This document shows, piece by piece, positions 24,366-36,914 of a stretch of 64,000 nt of DNA (the first letter of the stretch is position 1; the number at the start of each line of letters is the position of its first letter). The notes below the pieces were generated by a model. It was not told where the DNA came from. It saw nothing but the letters and a program-made list of their open reading frames with translations, and did no database searches. Source of the DNA: Basidiobolus meristosporus CBS 931.73 (lineage: Eukaryota > Fungi > Basidiobolomycota); contig MCFE01000198.1 of the NCBI GenBank assembly GCA_002104905.1, positions 1 through 64,000 of the forward strand. Reading direction: 5' to 3'. The translations under genes and the position numbers were made by a program.

Positions 24366-25719
24366 CTAGAACGATGAGTGGTGTTGGGATATACTGACAG
24401 ATAGACGATCACAGTCTTTATACAAAATCCCCAAGGCCACTTGGCAGTGGCTCCAAGACCATGGACAACCTTCAGATTGCGAGACTGCATCTAACTCGTC
24501 CTTATGTTGAAAAAGTTAGAGATCACTTTCCATGGTGAAAATAACTTAACCTCGTACCTTCGGCTGCTGTTCAATTCTTTAATTGCCGTCTCAAGTACTG
24601 GCACTTAAGTCAATTGCTTGTGCGACTCTAATAAACATACTAAATGATGAGCAAAAAATAAACAGTTGTGGTAAAGAGACGAAGCAGAAATAGCATAGAA
24701 ATCCCACCGTTTCAGGCAACGGGCTTTCTTCGTGATTTGATGAGCCCAACTCAAGTAAAGAGTATAAATCACCCATTACACGATCATTGAAGGAAGCCTC
24801 TCCTGGTGTCGTCCCCGTTATCTCACAATATGAACTGTGGTAATCGTTTTGTACTAGTGCGGGGTCGTATATCCAACCATATTGTAAGAATGCAAGATTA
24901 TGCTCATTCAAACCGGTCACTCTTGAGGGATCATTAGACTCGCTAGTTGCTCCCTGCAAATTAAACAACGATCCTGTCTTGTCTAGGATTACGTTTGAGA
25001 AGCCTTGCAAGGTCCCACTGTCACTCTTTTGATCATTTATCGTATCGGATTCTACAAACATGGGGGTACTCTTGGATTTTAAATCACCACTATCAAAGCC
25101 TGAATGATTAGCCATAGATGCATGTGAAGAGTGTGAGGTGCTTCTTCGTAAAACATTTGAGTCAGTGTTTTGATATTTAAGGCGGAACGGCTCTCCTTCC
25201 CAGTCGCCAGGCTCACGGGCTTCATTGTTACTCAGAGTAGCAGTGACTTGTTGGAGTATCATAGCGGGCCTTGTCTCATTTGCTGAGTTGCTAGGTTTGT
25301 GAACCTCGTGCGAGCTGGGACTGCTCTCCAAATTAATGTTATTAAGAAAAGATGCAAGTTCAGCTTTCTTCGGGATGGTGAGCTCAGAAAGGCTCGCTCC
25401 TGATTGAACCCTCCCAACTAAATGCCGCAGTTGTTCATTCTCTACCAGTAATATTTCATTTTCTGCGGTTAGAATCTCATATTGCTGGGCTTTCTTTTCT
25501 AAATCTTTTACGTGCTGCTCTTTTCTCTGTCTGAACGCACGTTGTGCCGCTCTGTTTTGTGCGGCACGCTTACTCGTACAACCTTTGGAATCTTGGTTAG
25601 AATCTCTCTCTTGGGAATCGCCAAGAGAATTTGAGGTGATTTCTTATCGGGTAGTTTAAAGTGTTAGCCTTTTCTCAACCACATGTAAAGTGGAAGTGAA
25701 TACCTGATTGTGGGTTCAT
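24366..25719 (-). CDS. Yap/AP-1-type bZIP transcription factor, missed by the ORF track
   Basis: Exon 1 MNPQS, intron, then basic region KRAAQNRAAQRAFRQRKEQHVKDLE and a leucine zipper, continuing into ORF 24591-25331. The 3' end is uncertain (24591 unspliced, or 24366 if terminal exons are used). Confidence 0.82.
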
Positions 25720-25895
25720 TCCAAGAGGTTAATGTTAACCTTTTTTTCACTGGCGACCTTTATGGTTGTGCTTACTCTATGCTATTTGTACTAGCAAAAG
25801 TATTATAAAGCACATATGACTACTCGAGTCCTCAGCGTATGATATAATGATTCGAATTATTAGTTCACAAATTCAGTCAGTGAGGTCCTAATGTC

Positions 25896-25917
25896 ATATA
25901 TATATATATATATATAT
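25896..25917. repeat. (AT)11 microsatellite within a 26-bp palindrome (25894-25919)
   Basis: TC(AT)11GA in the divergent bZIP/NIPA intergenic region. Confidence 0.9.
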
Positions 25918-26169
25918 GAAACGTACGAATGTCTAGATATTCCTAAGCTTGACTAAATAGATCTAATTAATTCCAATTCCATCAGAAATCCTCGATCGTC
26001 GATGTACTTTTCTAATCAAAAGGTATCAATAGGTTAATTAAAGTAAGATATATTTTGTTTAGAAGCTGTTGCAGTATTAGCTTGCTTCACTCCACAGTTG
26101 GCAAGCCTCTGAGCCTGTAATCCTAGGCCCAGTTACCACAACGCTATACCCTTCGAGGCCACATCTCTA

Positions 26170-27328
26170 ATGTTATCAATCCAAGAGTCCACTGAGGACG
26201 AAACCCTTCGCATACAGGTTATTATCGGCCTTGTTGTGACTGTGTTTACTTGCTTCACCCAGTCAATTGGGCTGAACCTACAGAAGAAAAGTCACATCAT
26301 AAATGAAAGCCATCCAAAGGAAAGAAGATTGTCCGAATGGCATCGCCCGATGTGGTTAACTGGCTTTGTGATATTTCTGGCTAGCAACATCTTTGGTTCC
26401 TTGTTTTCGATTGGGTTTCTACCCATCATCATCTTGGCCCCACTTGGAGCAATCACTTTGATAACCAATGCAATCTGCGCCAAACTAATCTTGGACGATT
26501 CTTTTCCACTCCAAAGCATCTTCGCCACAGGAATGATCGTGGTCGGTGCGGTTTTTATAGCCATATTTGGAACGGTTTTGGAGCCAAGCCATTCTCTGGC
26601 CGACTTGATTCTTCTGTTTCAACGGCAACCTTTTATTATTTACATAACTCTCATTACAATAATCTTGTGTTTAGTCGTCAGCGCAACGAGATTTTTGGAA
26701 TCTGTCCTTACCCGTATACAAGCTGACCATGAGGCCACCTGCTCTGCGGTATCTGCCATAGCACTTATCAAGATGAAGCTCCTTCTTGGTTCATTGTATG
26801 CCGTCATCTCTGGTGTCTTATCTAGCCTGACTCTCCTGTTTGCCAAAAGCGGGGTTGAGCTCCTGTTGATCACAATTCTTGACGGCAAAAACCAATTCGA
26901 TAGAATTCTATCGTGGGTTATTGCTTTTGCTATACTGTGCAGCGCTCTACTTCAGGTACAACACCCACCCCACTGTAACCCACCAACAGAGCATGCTAAC
27001 AAAGAACCTGTAGCTTTATTACTTGAATAGGAGCCTTCAACTCTGCGATACCGTACTCATTGTTCCCATCTCTTTCTGTGCTTATAATGTCACATCCTTG
27101 TGCAATGGATTGATGTATTTTAACCAATGGAACCGACTTGCATGGTGGCAACTAGTTCTCGTCGTAGTCGGAGTAATAATCCTTTCGCTTGGGGTGTTTG
27201 CTTTGTCCCAAACAACACACCCAACAGCATCACCCCCTCGCACGCGCTCGTTACCGGATCCTAACAAAGGGAAAGGCAGAAGCATTCCATCTCGATCCAC
27301 AGAAAGAACGCCATTGATCAATTCCTGA
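26170..27328 (+). CDS. NIPA-family Mg2+ transporter, 2 exons
   Basis: About 9 hydrophobic segments; SIGLNLQKKSH, RPMWLTGF, ILAPLGAITLITNA, LSSLTLLFAK, YYLNRSLQLCDT motifs. Confidence 0.88.
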
Positions 27329-27471
27329 ACAGCGTCTGTATGTTTATGAACTGAATATTCCCCCCTCCCCACCAACTAGCTATTCAATATGTATCCTCAT
27401 TATAATTGTTCCATAGAGTCGAATTAAATCACTTTTATTATTCTAATACCGAATAGAGGATTACATTACAC

Positions 27472-28432
27472 TTAGTCTAATTGGATGTTGTTGGTGAAGA
27501 ATTTGCCAGTCAATTCAATAGCCTCGGTGGCACGCTTGACGTTATGTGGGTCAGTATAATCTCCACGAGCTGCTGCAAACCCGTGGAACATGTCTTCAAA
27601 GCGGTAGTGGTGGCATTTATCTCCAAATGGCTTCTTGCTAAGAATGTTCATGAATTCGGTCTGATGGGCCAATTAACGATTAGTCAACAAGAAGACATGA
27701 TAGGAAATGGTATTCTCTTACAAAGTCAGGCTCGTCCTTGGTGGAGATAAGCATCAATGGGGCTTGGGCATGCACGGCATCCTCATCTTCAAAGAGGGAA
27801 GGGTGGATGAGAGAAGCGGCAGCGAAGCTGCTATCGCGGGTGGCGAGGATAGCCATTTTGGCACCCCAGCAGAAGCCAACAATGCCGCTCTTGACAATAC
27901 CTTCAGAAGCAAGGCGTTGCTTGACCTTCTCCAGATCGGGTCTGACCTAAACAAGATATTAGAAAGCGCCACATGTATGATATTCAGCGTTGCTTACAAG
28001 ATCCCAGTTAGCGACGGAACGGATCCATTCATACAGGGCGGGCATATCCTCCTTGGCCATTTTGTTTTCGTCCCATGGCTTTCCACGGAAAAAGTCGGGC
28101 ATGGCTACGCGGAAGTTGAACATCTCACCAAGAATATCACAGAACTGATGAGTGTTGGGGCTAGTGCAGAGAGTTAATCGCTGGATTCCCATCCATTAAT
28201 ACCACAAGCGTACTCACTGGAATCCAAAGATGTCATAGTTGACAATAATAGATAGCTTCGCGTCCTGTGGTATATCCGTTAGCACCAAGTATGATCAAAC
28301 TAATCAGCGTAGGATCCATACCTTAGGGCCAACAAAGTAGACTGGCAAGTCATCGATTTGCTCGATAGTTCCCTTTGGAGTATAATCAGAGGTAACTGGG
28401 CGAAGAGAGCAACAGGCTTTGTTGATAGTCAT
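27472..28432 (-). CDS. Dienelactone hydrolase family protein, multi-exon
   Basis: Spliced MTINKACCS..YDIFGFHPNT..MPDFFRG..GFCWGAK (nucleophile Cys)..KDEPD..MFHGFAAARG. Confidence 0.9.
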
Positions 28433-28824
28433 GATGGCTAGAATGGATCGCGGATGAATCTTCCATGCTACTCTTTTTAACGTGGACAAAGTTCGATGGT
28501 ATTCTATTATATTATTCATACAAAGCGACAAAAAAGTCTTATCAACTGCATCTTTCCAATTCAAGCGTCTAATTTCGAAATGGGTAGGGCCAGGTGATTT
28601 ACGTTGAAGACCTTGTAAAAGCCAATAGCAGGATGCTGAAAGATGTTTGATAATGTATATCATTACAAGCATTAAGTACAGGCATTAAGCAGTAGAAAAA
28701 TGTTGAACTCAAGGATGTTTGAATATATATTTACTTCTAATGTATCATTGAATATTTCTTTAATCATTGAACATTTTATGCTTCCGAAAGCACCAAGACC
28801 TAATACGAATATTCTTGAATGAAC

Positions 28825-29332
28825 TTAGTTGCTTGCAGCCTGGATCAAGGTAATATTGTCTCCTTTGAGTAGAATACGCCCTATAAACGAGTGGTGGTGA
28901 GTCGAGGCTTTGAAGTTACGCATATATGCTCCTCGTACCTAAAGATCTACGGGTTTGCTTCTTGGTATTGACTTCCTCAGCCTCATCCAGGACAAGGTTC
29001 ATGAATTCGTCAAAACCCTTTGACACACGAAAATCAGTTTCACAGATCTTGGGTAGGCATTACGCGAAACAACTTACGACGATCCTGCCTTCAATACGCA
29101 TATCCAATTGTTCATATAACCAGATTTGAACCTTTGATCTCTGGTTGGCGATGAAAAGAACTGTAAGTGAAATGGAACCACAGTTTGTGAAACATAATAC
29201 TTACATTCTGGAGATACCGGAAGATCAAATTCTATCACAATGGCAAAAGGTTAATGGGTACATCTTGGAGCGTGGCATAGAAGAAGTACGTACGATCGGT
29301 TGAACCATAATCTTTTGGACTTTGTTGTACAT
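28825..29332 (-). CDS. SME1: Small nuclear ribonucleoprotein SmE, 5 exons
   Basis: Spliced [73 protein letters not shown]. Confidence 0.95.
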
Positions 29333-29747
29333 TTTGGGATGATGTGAGGAAGTAGAAACTGGCGGAAAAATTATTTGAAGTTGCAAGATAAGCAACGAAA
29401 CGTATACAAGAAATGCGCGAATGCAAGTATGAATGAATAAATAGAAATTGCTTAAGTTCGGTGATTCAAGTCTCTCTGGAATGGCCTTCCTAATCGATTT
29501 TTTTTTGATCACGGCGCTTTTTTTCTAATATTCATATCGAGGCAACCGTGTTCAATTCTAAGCAACAATTGTTGCTTGGAATCATGTTTACTCGCACCAA
29601 GTCCTTGATCAGCTGATTACTGGTCAGAAAACAGTGGAGTAGATTTGATGGGCCATTGTGGCCTTCATTTTGCTCAAACATCTTTCCTTGTTTTCTTCTC
29701 TTATATTTGGTAGCAGTGTCAGTGTTTAGCACACAAAGAAATCTCTC

Positions 29748-30541
29748 ATGTCCGGAATTTGTAGAGCTCGTTTGGCTGAAGAACGTAAACAGTGGCGTAA
29801 AGACCATCCATACGTACGTGCTTTTGTTCCATGTTCATTGCGCATACTCGGAGCACTCATTGAGATCCATGTTGTATATAATAGGGATTCTATGCTCGCC
29901 CTTCACGAAACCCCGACAACAGTTTGGATTTGATGACCTGGCATGTCGGGATTCCTGGCAAAGCGGGGGTTAGTCGCGTTTGCTTATATGGAATGCGCCA
30001 CGTGTGCCCTTTTGACTAAATGTTTTTTACCACTGCAAGACTCCTTGGGAAAACGGTGTATACAAACTCATTGTTACCTTTACTGAAGGTACTGTTTCTG
30101 CTGTTGGTAGGCTTTTAACACCCATACTAACCGACCAGTTTGTACTTAGATTATCCCAGCAAGCCCCCCAAGTGTACGTGGGCATTTCCTTCCTCATTGC
30201 TTTCTAATTCACTATATTAATCTTTATTTTATAGGCAAATTCACTCCCCCTCTGTTTCATCCCAATGTGTACCCCTCCGGAACTGTATGCCTTTCTATCT
30301 TGAATGAAGATGAAGGCTGGAAGCCAGCTATTACTATCAAACAGGTATGTAGCGTAGCCATATCATTCAAGTGGCATTGTTCTCATAGGACCAATAGATC
30401 CTTCTAGGAATTCAGGATCTTTTGAACGATCCCAATCCTAACAGTCCTGCTCAATCGGAAGCTTATATGCTGTTCAAGAAAGACCGTGTCACTTACGAGA
30501 AACGAGTACGTCAGCAGGCCAAAGAAAATATCCCTCAATAG
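29748..30541 (+). CDS. UBC9: SUMO-conjugating enzyme Ubc9, multi-exon
   Basis: [63 protein letters not shown]. Confidence 0.96.
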
Positions 30542-30909
30542 ATGTTTAGTAATGTTGGGATAGCTACGCTGTATAGTACAATCATTTATTAGTTGCTTGT
30601 GTTTTTTGATGTGTTCCTTCGTCGCCCAAAGGGGACAGTGTTTTCGTTGCATCTTATTATTTGGGTCATTGGTCTATAGACAATTTAATAAACCCATGTC
30701 AAGTAGGTTAGCAATCATCCGTCTAACATGATTCAATAATGAACCTTGACTGCGAGATATGGTCCAGAGTACAGCCTTGGAAAATCACGTGGAAAATTTG
30801 GTTTGATCCAATGTTTGACCAATACGTATGGCATAAAGATACCATGAGCCCAACTTTCTACCTTCCCTACGTCAGTAGTTTTCAACCCTCACGGCCGCTT
30901 TCTAACATC

Positions 30910-31730
30910 ATGTTCATCATCAATTGGTTCTGGGACGTACTTTCCAGCTTAGGTAGGCAGCAGATACTTGATAGAGACGTTTGCTTTACTTTGATTTAAC
31001 AACGCTTACTCATAGGCTTGGTCAACAAGAATGCCAAGATTCTCTTCCTTGGTCTTGATAACGCCGGCAAAACCACTTTGCTTCATATGCTAAAGAACGA
31101 TCGCCTTGCCACTCTGCAGCCCACCCTGCATCCCAGTAAATATTCGCTTTCGCCATTTCAGGTTCTTGTCTGATACTTAGGAAATTCTAAACAGCCTCCG
31201 AGGAGCTTGCCATCGGCAACGTCAAATTCACCACCTACGATCTTGGAGGACATCAACAAGGTTTTTCCCATGAATTCTGGTACATCGATTCCAAGTATTA
31301 ACTGTGTTGATTTGACAGCTCGCCGTCTCTGGAAGGATTACTTCCCTGAAGTCGATGGAATCGTGTACCTTGTTGATGCCCAGGATACCGAGCGCTTCAT
31401 GGAAAGCAAGGCCGAACTCGACGTATGATTTCATTATCCTTTCATTGGACTATGCCAAATTAGTATTGACTTGCTCGGATCGGTTTCATTTAGGCACTTC
31501 TGTCCATTGAGGAGCTCTCCAAGGTTCCGTTCCTTATTTTGGGTAACAAGATCGATGCACCAGGAGCCGTTTCCGAAGAAGAGTTGAGAGCTCACCTTGG
31601 CCTTTACCAGACCACCGGAAAAGGAAAGATCCCTCTTAAGGACATCCGCCCAATTGAGGTTTTCATGTGCTCCGTTGTCATGAGACATGGCTACGGGGAC
31701 GGTTTCCGTTGGTTATCCCAATACATTTAA
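30910..31730 (+). CDS. SAR1: COPII small GTPase Sar1, multi-exon
   Basis: [64 protein letters not shown]. Confidence 0.97.
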
Positions 31731-32247
31731 GTAGCTAAAGAAACCCCACTTTTGACAATGTAATGTCGCCCATGTAACTTCCCCCGCCAACACCCCCTAC
31801 TTATTCCAAATGAACTTTGACTGGTTCTCACGAGCCTGTAATCCACAAGTTCCCCTATCGAAAATGTAGATGAAAATGAATTATTTCCGATTAAAGCGGT
31901 GCTACTGTGCCATTTCCATTTTTCATTCATGCTTGTGGGCCGTTTCTTCGCCTTGGTGCTTGCTAGTCTAGATCTCGAAGAGTCCTGATTATCGTGTTGG
32001 AGACCAATAACAGAATTGGATTCAAGAGTTTGCATCTGACTTCTCTTCAGGTTGATCCACCAATAACTAAATCTGCTTAGGTGATAATCTGAGAATTCTG
32101 ATGGACATCATGTGAGTGTCCCACATTTCCTTCATCTACAAGTTGGATCATTCATACGATTCCCAGCGTAAACCTCTTGTCTATCTCCGCCTGTTCTAGC
32201 GTATTCCTTTCCGTCCCTTGGTGTTATTGGAGAACCACATTCACACT

Positions 32248-33225
32248 ATGGCCAACAGAGAAGATGTTATACTGAGTGCTGTCAAGTTTCTGAAAGATCC
32301 CAAAGTACAATCAAGCGCCCTTGCTAAAAAGGTGGCTTTTCTTGAGTCTAAGGGGCTTACCTCTGCTGAAATCGAGGAGGCCCTTTCTCGCGTAAACGGC
32401 ACTGCCACCGCGGGTGCTCCAGTAGTACAAGCTGGCGCAGCTGCCCCAGGTCCGTATGTAGGACCTCCAGTTCAGTACACCATCGCGCCACCACCACCAG
32501 TTAAATCCCTAGAATGGAAGGATTACTTCATTGCTGCTGTGGTTGCCGGTGGTGTTGGTTATGGAGTCTATGCCCTAGCCAAGAAGTACATCAGCTCCAC
32601 TTTCTCTGGGCCTTCTCAGGCCGAACTTGAGGCCGAAAAGAAGAAGCTTGATCAGCAGTTCCAGGAGGCGAGCGAGACCTTGAATACCGTGAAAAAGGAT
32701 ACTCAAGACGTACTGAAGCATGTCGAGACTCAATCAACTGAGGTACAAACTTCCCTGGAGAGCATGTCGGCTATCTTAAGTCAATTGAAGAGCCAAGATA
32801 CGGACAGAGACGTGGAGCTAAAGACTCTACGTGAGGAGCTAGAGAAAGTCAAGAATGCAATCCCCGAGGTAAGCAAAATTCGCCCTGACTGACAGCCCAT
32901 ATACGTTTGCTTAATACATTCATACCAGATGCTGGAAAAGCAGAAGGATACTCAAAACGGAATGCTCGGGGACTTGCAGAACGAGCTCAAATCCCTCAAA
33001 GGACTTTTGTTGAATAGAAGAACTACAGCACCATCCCCAGTTATTGGAAGTAGCTCCGCGCCAGCCACGCCAGCTGACGAAAGCCCAGAGGCTTCGGGTG
33101 CACGGGGTAGCGCAACCATGAACATTCCGAGACCCTCAGTACCAGCCTGGCAACTCGCAGCGTCCAATGGAACCAAGACCAACGTTCCCAACGGAACGGA
33201 AGAAGCACAATCAAGTAGCTCATGA
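32248..33225 (+). CDS. PEX14: Peroxisomal docking protein Pex14, 2 exons
   Basis: REDVILSAVKFLKDPKV..KKVAFLESKGLTSAEIEEAL N-domain, WKDYFIAAVVAGG segment, coiled coil, IPRPSVPAWQLA. Confidence 0.93.
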
Positions 33226-33535
33226 ACATTTCACGATAATTATTGATTTGTAAAATACCATCACTGATATAAAATCATGCATATCCTAAACACACAATTC
33301 GGCAAAATCAGTAAAATCCAACTTGAATCCACATGCAGATAAAGCTTAGTCACCCAATTATTATTACCCCGTACGTACGATAAACTCCGAATATTATTTA
33401 AGGGTTTTAGACAAATGATACCAGGTGGCCCATCAGCATCTTTAAAAGGCATAGGTGACTAATTAGAATAAGCTTTGTTCTCAAAAGATACGCAAATTTG
33501 GTGTCTATTTCGTAGTTTTATTACCACACAGCACA

Positions 33536-34294
33536 ATGGAAGATTGGTCAGAGTCAAGGAGCCCCTTTCTATGCTCGCTTCCACAACTTCCAAGCCTGGG
33601 CCCAAAGAAGCGTGAAATCGGCGCGTACTTTGCTGGTATTTTAGTAAGTCATCTTCCCCGAATGGTCAGTCACAAATGCAGTTATTAACGCTGAGCCAGT
33701 TTTCGGTAGCTTGGTGGGTATTCATCGATGCCATCGTTTTGTCTTCGACCATTAGTGACCTTCCGGTGTTCATCGGCTTCGAAGATTACATATCTGGAAT
33801 TGTGTGCACCATAGGGATGATCATGTAGGGCGGACTTCTTGTCAAACACTCAGTGCGCGTCGCTAACTTGCGTCTGTACAGTGTAAACTCCATCGATTTA
33901 AGCATTCTCCAAGGTGAGAACTTCTCCTACTCAGGCTCTGGACTGGCCGGGAAGGCCAGAATGATGCTATTCATTGGTATGGCGGCTATGGCTGGTGGGG
34001 TTGCCGGCTCTGTGGTAAGCATCTAATGTATCCTCAACACACGGCTCGATATTGACAAGCAAGGTAAACAGGCTATACTGTGCATCAAGTACATTGTTCC
34101 GGGAGTCCCAGGGGCCTATATTTATTTTGGAGTCGCACCGATAGTTCAAAACATCACCCTCTTGATCAGGTACTTCCCATGCTGGCCGTTTCTCTTGAAT
34201 TGTGTGCCCACACTAACCCGATTTCAGTTGTGCAGTTCTTTGGATCTCGCAAAACACTGAATCCGAAGCACAATATAACTTTGTCCTCAATTAA
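33536..34294 (+). CDS. VPS68: Vps68/TMEM50 membrane protein, 5 exons
   Basis: Spliced GAYFAGILFSVAWWVFIDA..GMIIVNSID..ARMMLFIGMAAMAGGVAGS..QNITLLISCAVLW. Confidence 0.85.
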
Positions 34295-34492
34295 CAATAG
34301 ATGACCGGTTATCAGTTCATTCGACACTTCACTCACCAAACCAACAATAAATACTTGAACACGTTTCCTACCATTCAACTATAATGAAGACCCAAAGCAA
34401 CGACGAGCTGGATGTGGCAATATGGCCAAAGCAGTGATGAACTGGGTGTGGCAAACCAGGAAGATTTTATTGTGAAATGGAGATATTAAGTT

Positions 34493-34993
34493 CTAATAAG
34501 CCTTAAGTCCCTTCTTCATATAGCCGACTTTTTTCTTCTCAACTTTGGATTGGCCCGCTTTGTAGCCACGCCAGTACCCACGATCCATACCAACATCGTG
34601 ACCATCTTTCCAGCCGGAGCCCTCACCTTCTTTGAAGCCAACCTGGGTACCCTTCTTGTACCCCTTCTTGTAGCCAGCATCCTTCCCGGAGTCATACCCT
34701 TCCTCATATCCCCATTTCTGGCCTTCTTCCCAGCCCTTGTCATTGCCCTTTTCGTGCCCATTCCAATATCCATCATCCATTCCGCTCTCAAAGCCCTCGG
34801 AATAACCTTCTTTGGCACCATCGCGATAGCCACGGTCGTAGTCATCAGGCTCAGTGGACTTCTTGTAATTACCGCCATCGCCATCACGGTCACCATAACC
34901 CTTCACGCCACCAGCTCCTTTCTCAGGGAAAGGGTTGGCGAGTATGGCCCCAGCCAGACTGAGGGTGATCAATGATAAGCCAAGGAATTTCAT
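34493..34993 (-). CDS. Secreted Gly/Tyr-rich protein with 24 tandem xxxG repeats (166 aa, orphan)
   Basis: Signal peptide MKFLGLSLITLSLAGAILA|NP, strict 4-residue Gly periodicity, intronless; TATATA about 65 bp upstream. Confidence 0.82.
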   Translation of the reverse strand: MKFLGLSLITLSLAGAILANPFPEKGAGGVKGYGDRDGDGGNYKKSTEPDDYDRGYRDGAKEGYSEGFESGMDDGYWNGHEKGNDKGWEEGQKWGYEEGYDSGKDAGYKKGYKKGTQVGFKEGEGSGWKDGHDVGMDRGYWRGYKAGQSKVEKKKVGYMKKGLKAY

Positions 34994-35620
34994 CGTAAAT
35001 GGATAGAGTGGAAAAGGGCGGGTGCGACGCAAGGTACGAGGTAAACATTCCAACCGCTATATATCGCCAATTCTAGTCAGACCGTGTTACACACCGCACG
35101 TTTCCCCCCCCCACTGAAACGGGGCGAGTTTCGGTTTTTGGACCATGCATCCAATGCTAAAACCGATATGCTACATGTTGCATACATACCTTGTTTAATT
35201 TCGGTATCATTGAGCATCATTCGAGCATTGCCAATCCGCTGTGCTAGCTTATCTCCTGGAATCTTCCATCTTCCAGTCTAAACATAATTGATAGAAAGGG
35301 GTCCTCGTTGCCATTCTCAGCTATCGCAGGATCCAAAAACCATATCAGCCACATACCAGCTGGTAACTTGCCAACTCTTAAGGAACAATCCTCTCGCGCT
35401 GCATATGGTATATCAGTCCGGTGAATTGGCCCAAAATGGGCCTGATTGATGAGTGTCCCCGTTACCTTGAATCCCGATCATTCTATTAGAGATTGACATC
35501 CCATACCAAATTCAGCTAGAAAATGCAATAAATGAAGCCCTGATGTCGAGGTGAATTCGCGTTGAGCCCTTTTGTTGTGGTTTCATTATAGGACTCTTTC
35601 CAACGCCCACCTTGCCTAGC

Positions 35621-36361
35621 ATGAAACTTTCCAAACTCTTCTCTTATTTCAAATCAAGTTCCCAGGATAAACACAGGGTGAAGACCTCCACCCCAACACA
35701 AGGTGCATCCCCCTTGAGTGACCAGCGAGGCGCATCCGAAGATGCCTCCGGTGCTCAATTCAACATCACCTCCTACCGCATGCATGTGCTTGAAGCAGAG
35801 AATCAGTATCTGTACGAGCAGAACCGCAAGCTCAACAGGGAGCTGAAAAACGCTCGCATCACCAATGACTCCCTCAGGGAGATCGTCAAAATGAAGGACC
35901 GCTTGATCGACTCTATCGTCGAAGAGCAGTACGAAACAATGCAGAAGGCGCATATCATCGAGGATAGCATGAGATTGTTGTTGCTAGACGGAGACAAGCC
36001 AACCCATGCCTCCAAGGATTCGAAGGCTTCCTACAAACACGGGGATCCTGAGGCACTGAAGCAATTCGTGGCCGCCATCAAATCCATCCCATCAACACCG
36101 CAACAGGTCAAGGTCACCCAAGCCAACATCCCCATGCCCAAGTGCTCCCCTACTCACAAGCAGAAGTACACCAAACCATTGCTTCCCCCACTCCCGGCCA
36201 TCTCGGACGCCGACGAGTCCTTCGGGCTTTCCATCAAGAATGAGATGAACATGCACCAGAAGGAGCCCTACCTGAGCTTGCTCGCGGTTCCCAAGAATTG
36301 CGGCCGATCAGAATCCGCGGAGTTTGGGAAGCAGCTACGCCTAATGGCATCGGATTTCTGA
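35621..36361 (+). CDS. Hypothetical coiled-coil protein (246 aa, orphan)
   Basis: Intronless ORF with G/C-ending codon bias, heptad region HVLEAENQYLYEQNRKLNRELKNARITNDSLREIV, Pro-rich KPLLPPLP; no family recognised. Confidence 0.72.
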   Translation: MKLSKLFSYFKSSSQDKHRVKTSTPTQGASPLSDQRGASEDASGAQFNITSYRMHVLEAENQYLYEQNRKLNRELKNARITNDSLREIVKMKDRLIDSIVEEQYETMQKAHIIEDSMRLLLLDGDKPTHASKDSKASYKHGDPEALKQFVAAIKSIPSTPQQVKVTQANIPMPKCSPTHKQKYTKPLLPPLPAISDADESFGLSIKNEMNMHQKEPYLSLLAVPKNCGRSESAEFGKQLRLMASDF

Positions 36362-36914
36362 ATATCCACCTCCCCCATCCTTAGTACCATAGAAATCGGC
36401 AGGCCCGACCCGAGCCGCTAACTTATCTTGTACATAGCGAATCTATAGAATATACTTTCCCTATACACTCTTATCTTCCGCATGAATAAAACCGACTTCC
36501 AGAATCCGATTATTCCCCCCTTTGGGCCTTGGCCTGGGGTTGTGGGTCTTGTGAAGCTTGGCAGATATGCCAATTGGGTCGAGGTTTTCGCACGAGTGAC
36601 GAAGAGGGTTTGGATGCATGGACTGGCTACTAATCTGGATCGATTGTTTATTTATGAATCGCCCTAATCTATGTGTGCGGGTTAGGGATACCATCTCAAA
36701 ACAGACAATCTCTGGAGTGGAGAACCGGGAAAACATCAGAAGCCGGATTTGAAATCATGTTTTTGGGTCAAGTGAAAAGAAATGAATTATTTACTGCCGG
36801 GATGCATGGGTGTTCCAGCACCGCTCAAATCCAAGCTTCGGAATGAGTCTCCATACGATCCTAGATACGCTTCGGTTAATACTTAGGCTACCGGCTGAAA
36901 GGGGATGATGGAAA

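Noticed and set aside
36482-36667. 61-codon ORF between the coiled-coil gene and AVO1
   Set aside because: No motif, signal peptide or clear codon bias; consistent with a random ORF in 3' flanking DNA.
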